IMG/VR virus record: IMGVR_UViG_3300048504_000667
Location: 1-33,019 of that record
Strand: one strand, 5' to 3'
Source: a virus
Taxonomy: Duplodnaviria > Caudoviricetes
DNA length: 33,019 bases
Under the pieces are notes generated by a model. It saw only the letters and a program-made list of their open reading frames with translations. It was not told the origin of the DNA and made no database searches. The position numbers and the translations under genes are program-made. Below are positions 15,513-25,015 of this stretch, piece after piece; the stretch's first letter is position 1; each line of letters begins with the position of its first letter.

Positions 15513-16087
15513 ACTTTATTACCGTGATTACCGGCCTTATATCTGCAGCTACAGCTCTTTTTGGCGTCTGGATTAAATATAAGATTGACGAAAAAAAACA
15601 TAAACAATTAAATTACGACCCATCTGCCCATAGTAATGTGATTACTGCGCTGCAATATATAGCCCGTGAGACTTGCGCGGATAGAGCTTACATATTAGAG
15701 TTTCATAATGGAGAGCAGTACTTTTCTGGGAGGGGGCAGCAAAAACTTAGTTGTACATACGAGATTGTTGGAGACGGAATAAGTGTTGAATCCCAAAACC
15801 TACAAAACCTAAGAATTTCAAATTTACATGGATTAATGAATTCAATTTCCTGCGAGCAAACTTTTGAGTGCGTTGATGTAGGCGAATTCAAAAAAGATTT
15901 TTCTTTCAGGTCTTTTCTTGTGCAAAAGGGGGTAAAAAGTATGTTCGCCCGCCCAATTAAAACGTTAAACGGAAAAATTATTGGAGTTATTTGTATTGAA
16001 TACGTTAAAGAAAAAAGAAAATGGAGCAAGGACTCTGAAGATTTCATAAGAAAACAATCAAGGGTTATTAGCGGTTATTTGATATAA
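15497..16087 (+). CDS. N-terminal TM plus GAF-like domain protein (T4 T-holin-like architecture)
   Basis: TM residues ~6-26; ADRAYILEFHNG and GVKSMFARPIKTLNGKIIGVICIEY GAF-type strands. Confidence 0.65.
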   Translation: METGLNFITVITGLISAATALFGVWIKYKIDEKKHKQLNYDPSAHSNVITALQYIARETCADRAYILEFHNGEQYFSGRGQQKLSCTYEIVGDGISVESQNLQNLRISNLHGLMNSISCEQTFECVDVGEFKKDFSFRSFLVQKGVKSMFARPIKTLNGKIIGVICIEYVKEKRKWSKDSEDFIRKQSRVISGYLI

Positions 16088-16114
16088 TTTTTTTTAAAGC
16101 TATAATATATTATT

Positions 16115-16489
16115 ATGGCTTTTTCTTATTGTCCACATTGTGGTTTCAAAAACATGTACTCCCTCCAGCCTCCGAGTTTTTGCGGTGGCTGCGGTGAGGG
16201 GTTGAAGATATTATCTGCAGCAAAACAAACGCCGTCTACTCCAAGCAGCCTAAAAAGGCAGCTACCAAAGAAGAGAAGACCTATTCCCGCTCAAGATGAT
16301 GATCCTGAGGGCTTGGATATATATGAGGTTCCAAATATATCAAAATTATCTTATTCAATAGAAAGAGATACCAATAAATTCAACCTAAAAGACATAATCC
16401 CTGTCGAGCAATTTCAAGAATTCCAGGAAGACACAAAAACAAAAAAAACAAAGCAGAAAAAAGCTCGTGGACGACCAAGAAAAAACTAA
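16115..16489 (+). CDS. Zinc-ribbon protein
   Basis: CPHCG...FCGGCG; TTGATA-16-TATAAT 8 nt upstream. Confidence 0.7.
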   Translation: MAFSYCPHCGFKNMYSLQPPSFCGGCGEGLKILSAAKQTPSTPSSLKRQLPKKRRPIPAQDDDPEGLDIYEVPNISKLSYSIERDTNKFNLKDIIPVEQFQEFQEDTKTKKTKQKKARGRPRKN

Positions 16490-17210
16490 TTTTACATACG
16501 AGGACAAGTCTTTAGAGATAGATTTAGAAATAAAAAAAAGACGAGGCAAGTGGTTTCTTGATTCTTTGGCTTGGTTTGACTTTGAGGATGTAGAGCAAAT
16601 AATTCGAGCTCACATACATAAAAAATGGCATCAATGGGACCAAAGGAGGTCTTTGAAACCTTGGATAAACAAAATCATAACGAATCAAATGAAAAACATT
16701 TTGCGAAATAATTACAGCAATTTCGTTCGACCTTGCTTGAACTGTCCGTTCAATCAATCTTGCGCCACTAAAGACGGAGGCGAAGCTTCCTTATGTGGTT
16801 TTACCAAAAGCGGACTTCAGGATTCTTCTTGCCCATTATATGCAAAATGGGAGCGCACCAAAAAATCAGCATATGGAATAAAAATGGCGCTTACTCTAGA
16901 AAATCATTCCAACGAAGTTCAGGCTATGGAGGATACTAATTTTAGTATCGTAGACGCCCAAGGTAAGTTGAATTTCTTTATGGAAAAAGAACTCTCTGAA
17001 AAGCAATTTTTAGTTTACAAGTTATTATTTATAGACAATAAAGATGAGGAAGAAGTTGCTGTAGAAATGGGCTATAAAACTTCCGAGAAAGGAAGGAAAG
17101 CTGGCTACAAACAGATAAAAAATCTAAAGAAAATATTCAAGCAAAAGGCGCAAGAGATATTGGATAAAGAAGATGTAATCCCTGATACAGATGTCCTAGC
17201 ATGGAGTTAA
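16467..17210 (+). CDS. Phage sigma-70/ECF-like RNA polymerase sigma factor with Cys-rich insertion
   Basis: Region 2-like FEDVEQII...LKPWINKIITNQMKNILR; region 4-like LSEKQFLVYKLLFIDNKDEEEVAVEMGY; GTG start. Confidence 0.7.
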   Translation: MDDQEKTNFTYEDKSLEIDLEIKKRRGKWFLDSLAWFDFEDVEQIIRAHIHKKWHQWDQRRSLKPWINKIITNQMKNILRNNYSNFVRPCLNCPFNQSCATKDGGEASLCGFTKSGLQDSSCPLYAKWERTKKSAYGIKMALTLENHSNEVQAMEDTNFSIVDAQGKLNFFMEKELSEKQFLVYKLLFIDNKDEEEVAVEMGYKTSEKGRKAGYKQIKNLKKIFKQKAQEILDKEDVIPDTDVLAWS

Positions 17211-18253
17211 CAGAAGAGCAAAAAAGAATAGTATCTGAGAACGGATCAACCATTAGCGACCTGACAGAGCTAACTAAATTAGCTTTTCCTGGGGAAGATA
17301 ATATAGATGGAAGAAGCAAGCAGGGTAGGGCTGTTAGAGCTTTTATGGTTGCCGAGGGAATTGATTATAACACAAAACATGTATACCCAAAGGATGATAT
17401 AAAATTATCAGACGCTCAGAAAGAATTTGTTTGCAATTCTTCTCGAGACGGAATGAATGCATTGCAAATCGCTAGCGTATTATTTCCGGAGACAAGGGTA
17501 ACAAGAAATTCAAAAGAATATGATTGCATTTTACAGTACATAGAAAGTCAGGATTCGTTAGATTTACACCCCTCTGAAAACGCAGTAAATAGAAAATATT
17601 CTGCACCAAAGGCGGTAAGTAAAATTATAAAAAAAATCAACGATTGTTGCCAAAAAAATATCGACGAGGGAAAGCTAAATATAGGGCAAAAAAAAGCTAT
17701 AGAATCACTGGGCGCTTTTTTGTCTTCACCAAGATTTACTCAAGTTATAAATAATTATGACAGCATGGAGGATAGAGACTTGTTTGAAGCGGAATTTGTA
17801 AGAGCCACTTGGGATAAACCTGACTTAAGTAATGATGAGATTAATTTGTATATCAATGTTTGCATGGATTATATTCATTTAAAAAATATTCAAGGAGCAA
17901 TGAGTAAATTAAATAGAATGTTTAATGATGCAGAAGATCAGCAAGACCTCACCGTTAGGCTCGCTGAACTTTTAAAAACAAAAAGCGAAGAGTATAATCA
18001 ATGCGAAAAAAGGATGGAGTCTTTAATTCAAAAACTCCAGGGCGACAGGTCAAAAAGGGTGTCTTCCCAACAAAAACAAAATTCTAGCATATTAGCTCTA
18101 GTTCAACTATTTCAAGAAGAGGAAGAGAGGAAGGTCATGATAAAGATTGCCAATATGCAAAGAAAAGCGGCAAAAGAAGAAGCTGATAACCTTGAGTCCA
18201 TGCCAGACTGGAAAGCCAGGGTCCTGGGGGTATCTAAAGACGATGTCGTTTAA
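17201..18253 (+). CDS. Hypothetical protein with coiled-coil C-terminus (possible terminase small subunit)
   Basis: Long ORF coupled to the sigma and nuclease genes; function inferred from position only. Confidence 0.6.
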   Translation: MELTEEQKRIVSENGSTISDLTELTKLAFPGEDNIDGRSKQGRAVRAFMVAEGIDYNTKHVYPKDDIKLSDAQKEFVCNSSRDGMNALQIASVLFPETRVTRNSKEYDCILQYIESQDSLDLHPSENAVNRKYSAPKAVSKIIKKINDCCQKNIDEGKLNIGQKKAIESLGAFLSSPRFTQVINNYDSMEDRDLFEAEFVRATWDKPDLSNDEINLYINVCMDYIHLKNIQGAMSKLNRMFNDAEDQQDLTVRLAELLKTKSEEYNQCEKRMESLIQKLQGDRSKRVSSQQKQNSSILALVQLFQEEEERKVMIKIANMQRKAAKEEADNLESMPDWKARVLGVSKDDVV

Positions 18254-19185
18254 TGAAGGAAAATATTAATTTTATTTGTAAAGTATGTTCTAAAAGTTTT
18301 ACTTCAGAAAAAGGTCTTCACGCTCATTTAAAATCTCACAAAATGATACTTGCAGAGTATTATACAAAATATTATCCTCGTTATAATTTATTGACTAAAG
18401 ATCCCTTACCATTCAAAAATAAGGATGATTATTTTAATAGAGACTTTTCTACATACGAACAATTGATAAAGTGGTGTGAAAAAACAGAACCTTCACAGGT
18501 GAAAGAATATATAATTAATTTATTAAAAAATAGAGTTGCCGCGAAAGGCTTGAAGGTCGCTCCTTGCCATGTAGAGTTGAAAACGAATGATTTGCCTGAG
18601 GTTGACATATTTCAGGAGTATTGTGGTTCATATACTGCCGCTTGCGAGGCTGCAGGCGTCAAACCAATGTTTGGAAAGAGGTTGCCTGAAGTTTTTAAAC
18701 AAAATATAGATCCTAATATAAAAATTTTTATAGACACACGTGAGCAGCAGCCTTTAACTTTTCCAAATTCAGAATCTATGAAATTAGAGTTTGGGGATTA
18801 TGCAGTAGGGGGAGATGATTACGATTATACTTATGTGGATAGAAAGGGAGAGCAAGACTTTAAGTCAACGCTCAGCAAAAACAATCTTGAGCGATTTGAG
18901 TATGAATTACAAAGAACAAAAGATTTTGATAGTTACTTATTTATTGTAGTCGAAAGTGACTTAAGGCAAATAGAATTAAATAACAAGAGGGGGGCTCATA
19001 AATCTAATTTAAAATATATTTATCATAATATGCGAGTCCTAAGTCATCAATTTTTGGGTCACTGCCAGTTCATATTTACAGGAAGTAGAAAAAAATCAGA
19101 AGAGATTATCCCCAAGCTTTTAAAGCTCGGCAAGAAACTTTGGAACGTTGACTTGCAATACTATATAGATAGGGGGATAATATAA
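18253..19185 (+). CDS. C2H2 zinc finger plus ERCC4/XPF-type nuclease
   Basis: CKVC..F.....L..H...H; IDTREQ, L..GDY, DRK...DF motifs. Confidence 0.8.
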   Translation: MKENINFICKVCSKSFTSEKGLHAHLKSHKMILAEYYTKYYPRYNLLTKDPLPFKNKDDYFNRDFSTYEQLIKWCEKTEPSQVKEYIINLLKNRVAAKGLKVAPCHVELKTNDLPEVDIFQEYCGSYTAACEAAGVKPMFGKRLPEVFKQNIDPNIKIFIDTREQQPLTFPNSESMKLEFGDYAVGGDDYDYTYVDRKGEQDFKSTLSKNNLERFEYELQRTKDFDSYLFIVVESDLRQIELNNKRGAHKSNLKYIYHNMRVLSHQFLGHCQFIFTGSRKKSEEIIPKLLKLGKKLWNVDLQYYIDRGII

Positions 19186-21056
19186 TGGCTTGGGAGATTG
19201 GAAACCAAAAATCAAGAAGTGAGGATCAGGATTTCAATAAAAAACTTTTCGAGATGAAAGGTTATTTGGAAGAAAGGGAAGCTAAAATATTACTGTATAA
19301 ATTTTTAAGAGAAAATATAACTTTTACGACAGATTTAGTTTCTGGGGTTAAACTGTTTCCTTTTCAGCATATGGCTATCAAGGCCATGTTTGAAACTGAT
19401 TATTTTATGGGGGTTTGGAGTCGAGGGATGAGTAAATCGTTTACAACTGCAATCTATGCATATCTTGATGCAATTATGAATCAAGGTGTTGAAATCGGCA
19501 TACTCTCGAAATCTTTTCGTCAGGCAAAAATGATATTTAAAAAAATAGAAGATATAGCCTCTAAGCCTGAGGCTATGTATCTTTCCCAGTGCATAACTCA
19601 TAAATCAAAAAGTAATGATGAGTGGTTGCTTGAAATTGGGAGTAGCAGGATTCGGGCGCTACCCCTCGGAGACGGAGAAAAGCTTCGAGGATTTAGGTTT
19701 CATAGAATTATTATTGACGAGTTTGCTCTTATGCCAGAAAGAATTTATAATGAAGTTATAATCCCGTTTTTAAGTGTCGTTGAGAATCCAACCCAAAGAG
19801 AGGATATATACAATGTTGAAACCGAACTTATTAGACAGGGAAAACTACAAGAAAGTGATCGACATGTTTGGCCTAATAATAAACTTATAGCTCTTTCTTC
19901 TGCAAGTTATAAATTTGAATATATGTACAAGGCATACGAGCAATTTGAAAATCTAATTCAAGTTGGGGGAAATAAGGAATCAGATGCCCATAGGACCATT
20001 ATGCAGTTTAGTTATGACTGCGCTCCTAGACAGCTTTATGATCAAAATTTAATTAATCAGGCGAAGTCAACAATGAGTCAAAGTCAATTCGATCGAGAGT
20101 TTGGGGCTATTTTTACTGACGATAGCTCGGGTTATTTCAAGACTTCTAAAATGGCTGCATGTACACTCAAGGACGGAGAAGAGCCATCTACAGAAATAGT
20201 CGGAAAGCCCGGAGATAAATATATTTTAGCTTTCGATCCAAGTTGGGCCGAAAGCGAAAGCAGCGATGACTTTGCGATGATGGTTATAAAATTAAACGAA
20301 GAAAAAAAGATTGGGGTTGTCGTGCATAGTTACGCTTTAGCTGGAGCAAATTTAAAGCAACATATAAATTATTTTTATTATTTATTAAATCATTTTAATA
20401 TTGTATCTATTGTAGGAGATTATAACGGAGGAGTTCAATTTATGAACGCAGCTAATGAAAGTAACTTATTTAAGAAAAACAAATTAAATATAAAATTTTT
20501 AAATACAAATTTTGATGATGTAGAAAATTACCAGCAAAAGCTAATAGAAGGTAAGCGCGAATATAATTTAGAAAATAAAACTATTTGTTATTTAAGGAAG
20601 CCAACTAGTCAATGGATTCGCAGGGCCAACGAACTTCTTCAATCTAATTTTGATCACAGAAGAATATTGTTTGGCTCCAGAGCGATCGACGACTCTTACA
20701 ACGAGCAGAGAAGAAAAAAAATCCCTATAGATAAAATCGAATTCCTCAAAACATCTCAATCTCAGGAAAAGCAGACCAACTCTGCAAAAATGATAGATTT
20801 TGTTGAGCATCAATTTGATATGATGAATTTAGTAAAAACGCAATGTTCGCTGGTGCAAATAACAACCTCCTCTTCGGGAACTCAAAGTTTTGACTTGCCA
20901 TCAAGCTTAAGGAGGCAGACTGGACCAGAGAAAGCTAGGAAGGACAGTTATTCAGCGTTGGTGCTTGGAAATTGGATGGTTAAGCTTTATTATGACATGA
21001 TGGATTCAAAAATAGAAAATGTATCTGCAACCTTTACTCCCATGTTTATAAAGTGA
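19185..21056 (+). CDS. terL: Terminase large subunit
   Basis: LFPFQ, SRGMSKS Walker A, LRG.R..RIIIDEF Walker B, LSSA motif III, AFDPS and KDSYSAL RNase H acidic residues. Confidence 0.88.
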   Translation: MAWEIGNQKSRSEDQDFNKKLFEMKGYLEEREAKILLYKFLRENITFTTDLVSGVKLFPFQHMAIKAMFETDYFMGVWSRGMSKSFTTAIYAYLDAIMNQGVEIGILSKSFRQAKMIFKKIEDIASKPEAMYLSQCITHKSKSNDEWLLEIGSSRIRALPLGDGEKLRGFRFHRIIIDEFALMPERIYNEVIIPFLSVVENPTQREDIYNVETELIRQGKLQESDRHVWPNNKLIALSSASYKFEYMYKAYEQFENLIQVGGNKESDAHRTIMQFSYDCAPRQLYDQNLINQAKSTMSQSQFDREFGAIFTDDSSGYFKTSKMAACTLKDGEEPSTEIVGKPGDKYILAFDPSWAESESSDDFAMMVIKLNEEKKIGVVVHSYALAGANLKQHINYFYYLLNHFNIVSIVGDYNGGVQFMNAANESNLFKKNKLNIKFLNTNFDDVENYQQKLIEGKREYNLENKTICYLRKPTSQWIRRANELLQSNFDHRRILFGSRAIDDSYNEQRRKKIPIDKIEFLKTSQSQEKQTNSAKMIDFVEHQFDMMNLVKTQCSLVQITTSSSGTQSFDLPSSLRRQTGPEKARKDSYSALVLGNWMVKLYYDMMDSKIENVSATFTPMFIK

Positions 21057-21061
21057 GTGTA
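21057..21061 (+). promoter_or_regulatory. GTGTA putative late promoter of the head operon
   Basis: GTGTA-10 nt-ATG within a 15-nt intergenic gap. Confidence 0.6.
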
Positions 21062-21071
21062 TTAAACTGAA

Positions 21072-22688
21072 ATGTCTTTACCTTACAAATACACAACGAA
21101 GTTCGACAATGTTATTTGCGCGTCAAGCCAAATGCAAGAATCGCAAATTAGTGAAGCTTCTATAGAATCTCTGCGGCCATTAATTCCCTCTGAAATAAAT
21201 TTAGATAAAAATATAGATCTTCTCGCTGTAGCATTTAACGCTGCAGTTGTAAACAAATTCAATAAAAACGGTGATGGTATAGACAGCGAAACAGCTGTAG
21301 CCGTAAAAGATTATTTTGTACATAAGCCCACAAACATCGAGCATGATAGAGATAGGATAGTCGGGCATATTGTCTCTGCTGGATTTTCTGAGTATGGTCA
21401 ATACTCCGAATTAATTAGTGACGATGCAGCTTTGATAAAAGATGAGCCTTTTAATATAGCTCTTGCCGCAGTTGTATACAAAACCGCAAGCAAAGAGTTT
21501 GCGGACTTAGTTCTTAACTCCACAGATAAAGAGAGCGATTTTTTTCAAACTGTCTCCGCGAGTTGGGAGGTGGGTTTTAACGAATATGTTGTTAGCGTTG
21601 GTGGGGACGATTTGCTAGAATCTAGCATTATATCTGACCCTGAGGAAATTAAGGCTTACGCTCCATATTTAAAATCCTCAGGAGGAAAAGGGCAATTGCA
21701 GGATGGGCGAAAAGTTAACAGGTTGATTGTTGGGGATATATATCCACTCGGAATAGGTTTCACATCTAACCCCGCTGCTGACGTTAAGGGCCTTGTCGCT
21801 GAAAGCGGACAAGTGCAAGTCGAAAAGCCTAGCCGCAATCAACCTATTGACAAAATCATCATTAAAAGCGAAAAAACTTCCCAATCTAAAAAACAAGATG
21901 TACTAAACAAAGAACAACATAAAAATTTAATTATGGAAACAAAACAAATCATTAACGAATTCCGAGCAGCTTTGGATGAAAAGCTTGGCAAGCAAGATTT
22001 CTCAGAAGAAACTGTCGCTAGCATCTCTAAGGTTTTTAGTGACGCAATAAAAGAAAAAAGCGAACAGTATATTGCAGATCTAGAAAAAGCCAAAGCTGAA
22101 AAAGAAGAAGCTTCTCAAGCTCAAGCTTCTCTTCAAGAAAAAATGCTTGAAGTTGAAGAGCAATTAAAATCAACAAAAGAAAAACTCATCGCATTAGAGC
22201 AAGAGAATTCCCTAAGAGAAGCAGAAGTTAGATTCAATTCTAGAATGGAAGCTCTCAGTGAGGTATATGATCTTGATGATGAAGACCTGAAAATTTTAGC
22301 TTCAGAACTTTCTCAAGTTGACGAATCAGAAGAGGGGTTCGCTTCTTATCAAGAAAAACTTTCAAAAGTTTGGAAGCATAAAAATAAAGATTTTATCGCA
22401 GCAGAACAAAAAGCTTTCGAAGAGCGAGTTGCTCAAGAAGTCGCCAAAAGACTCGAAACTGTTGAAGCTGCTGAAGCCGAGAATACTTCAAAAGAAATTT
22501 CGCAAGTTGTAGAAGCTTCGGAAACAGAAGAACAAGATTCTTCCGATGAGGTAGAAGACGCTTTAGAAAACGTACAGGTTGAAGATGCAGCCGTTATTAA
22601 TAATAACGAATCTTCTTCCGAAGCCCCCTCCTCCCTTCGCGATCGTTTCGCTAAGACTTTTAAGGAGTCGGTTAAAATTTCATACTAA
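21072..22688 (+). CDS. Prohead protease fused to acidic coiled-coil scaffold
   Basis: KPTNIEH...IVGHI, SASWEVGF, GIGFTSNPAAD; Glu/Lys-rich C-terminal half; lies upstream of capsid genes. Confidence 0.7.
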   Translation: MSLPYKYTTKFDNVICASSQMQESQISEASIESLRPLIPSEINLDKNIDLLAVAFNAAVVNKFNKNGDGIDSETAVAVKDYFVHKPTNIEHDRDRIVGHIVSAGFSEYGQYSELISDDAALIKDEPFNIALAAVVYKTASKEFADLVLNSTDKESDFFQTVSASWEVGFNEYVVSVGGDDLLESSIISDPEEIKAYAPYLKSSGGKGQLQDGRKVNRLIVGDIYPLGIGFTSNPAADVKGLVAESGQVQVEKPSRNQPIDKIIIKSEKTSQSKKQDVLNKEQHKNLIMETKQIINEFRAALDEKLGKQDFSEETVASISKVFSDAIKEKSEQYIADLEKAKAEKEEASQAQASLQEKMLEVEEQLKSTKEKLIALEQENSLREAEVRFNSRMEALSEVYDLDDEDLKILASELSQVDESEEGFASYQEKLSKVWKHKNKDFIAAEQKAFEERVAQEVAKRLETVEAAEAENTSKEISQVVEASETEEQDSSDEVEDALENVQVEDAAVINNNESSSEAPSSLRDRFAKTFKESVKISY

Positions 22689-22707
22689 TATATAGAAGAA
22701 AAAAATT

Positions 22708-23331
22708 ATGGCAAAAAGAATACTACCATACCGAGACTACAGTGAACACGATGTTGTTAACTTATTCGCTCTTGACGTAACTGGAGAAACCCTTGCGGAT
22801 TTCAAAAGTAACGGCACAGGCGACTTTGATGCAGGCGTTGTTGTTTCTGTAAGTGCGGGAGCTCTACCTGGTGAGGTTTCCGAATTGCGCGCAACTACCC
22901 CAGATAATCTTCGTGATTATTTGGGAGCAAGTTTTAGTGGCGCTCATATTGGATTCAACGGATACCCCGCTAATACAGGTATGACCGTAGCTCCAGCTGA
23001 TGGCTCCGGACGTGCGCTTGGAATCACTTTACGTGAAACCTTGGCGTTTGACGAAAACGGAGAAAAGATGATATCTTATAAACAAAAACTAGACGAAGCG
23101 CAAGGAGTTCTTCCAGGTCAAACAGTTCCTGTTTTGACTAAAGGGCTTGTTCTTTTAAGCGGTTCTGCTTTTTCAAGCGCCCCAGCCTTAGGAGACGACC
23201 TTGAGGTTTCTTCTACTGCAGGAAAGCTTAAAAAAGCGTCTTCAGGCACCGTTGTCGGTTCTGTACTCGCCATTGGGGAAGAAAGCGACGACTCGTCCAG
23301 CAAGAAATACCTCTGCAAAGTTAGCTTCTAA
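22708..23331 (+). CDS. Capsid decoration/cement-like protein
   Basis: Gly/Ala beta-rich (GQTVPVLTKG, VVGSVL); lies between scaffold and MCP. Confidence 0.6.
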   Translation: MAKRILPYRDYSEHDVVNLFALDVTGETLADFKSNGTGDFDAGVVVSVSAGALPGEVSELRATTPDNLRDYLGASFSGAHIGFNGYPANTGMTVAPADGSGRALGITLRETLAFDENGEKMISYKQKLDEAQGVLPGQTVPVLTKGLVLLSGSAFSSAPALGDDLEVSSTAGKLKKASSGTVVGSVLAIGEESDDSSSKKYLCKVSF

Positions 23332-23347
23332 CATAAGGAAATTTAAA

Positions 23348-24493
23348 ATGAAAATTACTTTAGAAAGAACACCCGAGCAAGTCGAGCTTGTAAAAGCTAT
23401 GGCTTCGAAAAATAGAGACGTTTCTTACGAAGCTCAAACTGCATTGGCCGAATTTATCGGACCAGTTTTGGCAGAGGTCGTCAATAGCGCCCCAACTGTA
23501 AGCAACATGTTCTCCTCTCTTCAGTTTAACTCTGACGAAAGCCCAAGTATTCCATTGGACCTTTATCATGATATTACTGACGAAGACTACATCCAGGTTT
23601 GGAGTCAATCAGTTCCTGGCGGGCTTCCTACAAATCAAGTTGCTCCTTCGCAAAGCGAGCTTAAGTTCACAACTTATACTCTCGATAGCGCATTGAGCTT
23701 CGACAAGCGCTACGCTTCTCGTTCAAGGCTTGATGTTGTGAGTAAAACATTCACACGCATGGCGCAAGAAATCCTTCTTAAACAAGAAAAGACTTCTGCA
23801 ACTATGATAATGACCGCTCTTGCAAATGCTTCGACAAACAGTGAGCAGCACGTAATTCGTTCTGCTCAGGCTGGAAGATTCCTTCTTTCGGACTTGAACA
23901 AGCTTTTTACTAAAGCTAAGAGAATCAATACCTCTTGGAATGGTGGAACGCCTGCAGAACGCCGTGGTCGTGGAATTACAGATTTACTGGTTTCCCCTGA
24001 AATCGTAGAAGAAATTCGCGGTTTAGCTTATAACCCAATTAACACAATTGGCGGAGCTGGTGGAGCACCAACTGCTGGAGACGGAATCGCTGGTACAGAT
24101 ACTATGCGCGACGCAGTTTTCAATAGCGCAGGAATCCCTGAGTTCTACGGAGTATCCATTCAAGAGTATAATGAAATGGGTGAAGGGCAAAAATGGAACA
24201 CTGTTTTCAGTACTGCTGCTGGAGCAACTACTTACGCAGATAACTATTCAGTTCCTGCTAACGGTGGTACAGCTCAAGGAATTCAAGGCACTGAGCAAGC
24301 TATTGTCGGCGTTGACTTGTCACGTGAATCTATGATTCGCGCAGTCGCCACCGACTCCGAGTCCGGAGATGAGTTTTCTCTTATCGCTGACGACCAATTC
24401 GTAACACGTCAATCTAAGATCGGTTACTACGGCTCTCTTGAAGAGGGTCGCATGATCATCGACGATCGAGTGCTACTTGGTCTTATCGTTTAA
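23348..24493 (+). CDS. Major capsid protein (start revised to 23348, MKITLERT)
   Basis: 381 aa, AAGGA upstream, canonical head-operon position, followed by a strong terminator. Confidence 0.72.
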   Translation: MKITLERTPEQVELVKAMASKNRDVSYEAQTALAEFIGPVLAEVVNSAPTVSNMFSSLQFNSDESPSIPLDLYHDITDEDYIQVWSQSVPGGLPTNQVAPSQSELKFTTYTLDSALSFDKRYASRSRLDVVSKTFTRMAQEILLKQEKTSATMIMTALANASTNSEQHVIRSAQAGRFLLSDLNKLFTKAKRINTSWNGGTPAERRGRGITDLLVSPEIVEEIRGLAYNPINTIGGAGGAPTAGDGIAGTDTMRDAVFNSAGIPEFYGVSIQEYNEMGEGQKWNTVFSTAAGATTYADNYSVPANGGTAQGIQGTEQAIVGVDLSRESMIRAVATDSESGDEFSLIADDQFVTRQSKIGYYGSLEEGRMIIDDRVLLGLIV

Positions 24494-24516
24494 TTTTAAT
24501 AGAATTAACGTTTTAT

Positions 24517-24551
24517 AAAAGTCCACCTCAGGCAACTGGGGTGGATTTTTT
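24517..24551 (+). terminator. Intrinsic terminator after MCP
   Basis: GTCCACCTCAG-GCAA-CTGGGGTGGAT-TTTTT, GNRA loop. Confidence 0.88.
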
Positions 24552-24606
24552 ATTTAAAATCATTATTATATAGTGTATTAATACACAAAGGAAAAAGGTA
24601 CAAATT

Positions 24607-25014
24607 ATGGCAAACAAAAAAACAACAAAAAAATCGAGCAAGTCTGTCGCAAAAAAAAGCGCAAAACTTGAAGATCTAAACCAAACAACAGGAAAAAGCT
24701 ACGAAGATAAAATTTCTAGAGCTAGGGAATTAGAAGATATATTAGGGGTAAAGAAAATAAGCCCTTTTAAGACTAACGATAAAAGAATATTTAAAGAAAT
24801 GTTAGAAGACATGAACCTGACTGACCTTCAATCTTTCGCTGTAAAAGCTGGAGTGTTTCCGTCTGGAAACAAAACCGTTTTAAAGAATAAAATCAAAAGA
24901 GCTTTTGAGTCAAGCCTGGTTGGCCAAGGAAGTGTTCAGGTGATGGGGGAGCCCATCAAGCTTGACCCAAACAACCCAAAGCATAAGGAAGTTCTTGATT
25001 ACCTAGGAGGTTAA
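24607..25014 (+). CDS. Hypothetical basic protein (135 aa)
   Basis: ORF after the GTGTATTAATACAC palindrome. Confidence 0.75.
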   Translation: MANKKTTKKSSKSVAKKSAKLEDLNQTTGKSYEDKISRARELEDILGVKKISPFKTNDKRIFKEMLEDMNLTDLQSFAVKAGVFPSGNKTVLKNKIKRAFESSLVGQGSVQVMGEPIKLDPNNPKHKEVLDYLGG

Positions 25015-25015
25015 A

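Noticed and set aside
15114-23347. ORF-track upstream starts at 15114 and 23201 (also 4558, 315, 31068)
   Set aside because: They overlap upstream genes; downstream ATGs fit the lipobox, RBS, promoter spacing or ATGA coupling better
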